Part shown: positions 31,777 through 32,000 of the stretch, piece by piece
Layout of the letters: each line of letters starts with the position of its first letter
Numbering within the stretch: position 1 is the first letter of the stretch
Assembly: GCF_000015805.1 (NCBI RefSeq)
Contig: NC_009073.1
Span: 1,410,001-1,442,000 of the forward strand
Source: Pyrobaculum calidifontis JCM 11548
GTDB taxonomy: Archaea; Thermoproteota; Thermoprotei; Thermoproteales; Thermoproteaceae
Length of the DNA stretch: 32,000 nucleotides
Direction: 5' to 3'
The notes under the pieces: generated by a model
Told to the model about the DNA's origin: nothing
What the model saw: only the letters and a program-made list of their open reading frames with translations
Database searches by the model: none
Made by a program: the position numbers and the translations under genes

Positions 31777-32000
31777 TCCTCCTCTTCGCCGGCCTCCTCG
31801 CCGCGTCCCGTCTCGCCGTATAGCTCCCGCCGCCTGGCCTCGAGCAGTTGCTCCTCGCGGCCGGCCAACTTGGCGTATGTGGCCACCTCTACGCCGCGCC
31901 GCTCTGCATACTGGAGGACTTCGCCGACTTTCTCCCGCCACTGGACGTCTCTGAGGAGGTGGTGGGCGAGGACTAGCAGACGGGGCCGCAGGTCCACTAT
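31773..32000 (-). CDS. hypothetical protein, 5'-truncated by the window edge, with an acidic C-terminal tail
   Basis: The frame is open to the window edge (…IVDLRPRLLVLAHHLLRDVQWREKVGEV…GEEAGEEEE*). The stop is ATGA-coupled to the cobY-like gene. No family recognised. Confidence 0.45.
   Translation of the reverse strand: MVDLRPRLLVLAHHLLRDVQWREKVGEVLQYAERRGVEVATYAKLAGREEQLLEARRRELYGETGRGEEAGEEEE

Noticed and set aside
1-32000. CRISPR arrays, IS/transposase genes, integrases, rRNA/tRNA genes
   Set aside because: No regularly spaced direct repeats, transposase- or integrase-like ORFs, or tRNA/rRNA signature sequences were recognised on either strand.

Overview
GC-rich archaeal window, probably a Pyrobaculum/Thermoproteus-type crenarchaeon. 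Evidence for that: a PaREP1-like gene, TATA boxes centred about 22-27 nt upstream of start codons (leaderless units), and many 4-28 nt gene overlaps. About half the window (7.1-26.8 kb, plus 30.9-31.8 kb) is a cobamide (B12) supercluster. It has four parts. (1) A BtuFCD-like ABC importer. (2) An 8-gene overlapping minus-strand operon cbtB-cbtA-cbiX/C(fusion)-cbiH-cbiD-cbiT-cbiL-cbiF, with divergent cbiE-cbiG. (3) A late/salvage set on the minus strand: cobA-cbiB-DUF71 PP-loop-AsnB-like PP-loop-cobD-cobS, then cobT-cbiZ/cobZ-like fusion. (4) A detached CobY-like guanylyltransferase fused to a ParB/Srx-fold domain. Flanking genes are a metallophosphoesterase, an OYE/FadH-like flavoprotein, a membrane-anchored 7/11/18-residue-repeat coiled-coil protein, an M16 peptidase, a PD-(D/E)xK-like protein, Nnr, an archaeal P-loop ATPase preceded by a decayed partial copy of itself, and a ClC channel with CBS domains. 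I consider three items most worth follow-up. First, the CobY-ParB/Srx fusion, a candidate for the unassigned L-threonine kinase step. Second, the two PP-loop adenylating enzymes translationally coupled inside the cobA-cbiB...cobD unit. Third, a 1.3 kb low-GC orphan spacer (18.9-20.2 kb) splitting the cluster, which holds a frameshifted DTGF-type aspartic protease with D->N at its catalytic motif. I recognised no rRNA, tRNA, CRISPR array or IS element. Several long track ORFs are antisense artefacts or spurious N-terminal extensions; I trimmed starts using overlap junctions and TATA spacing.
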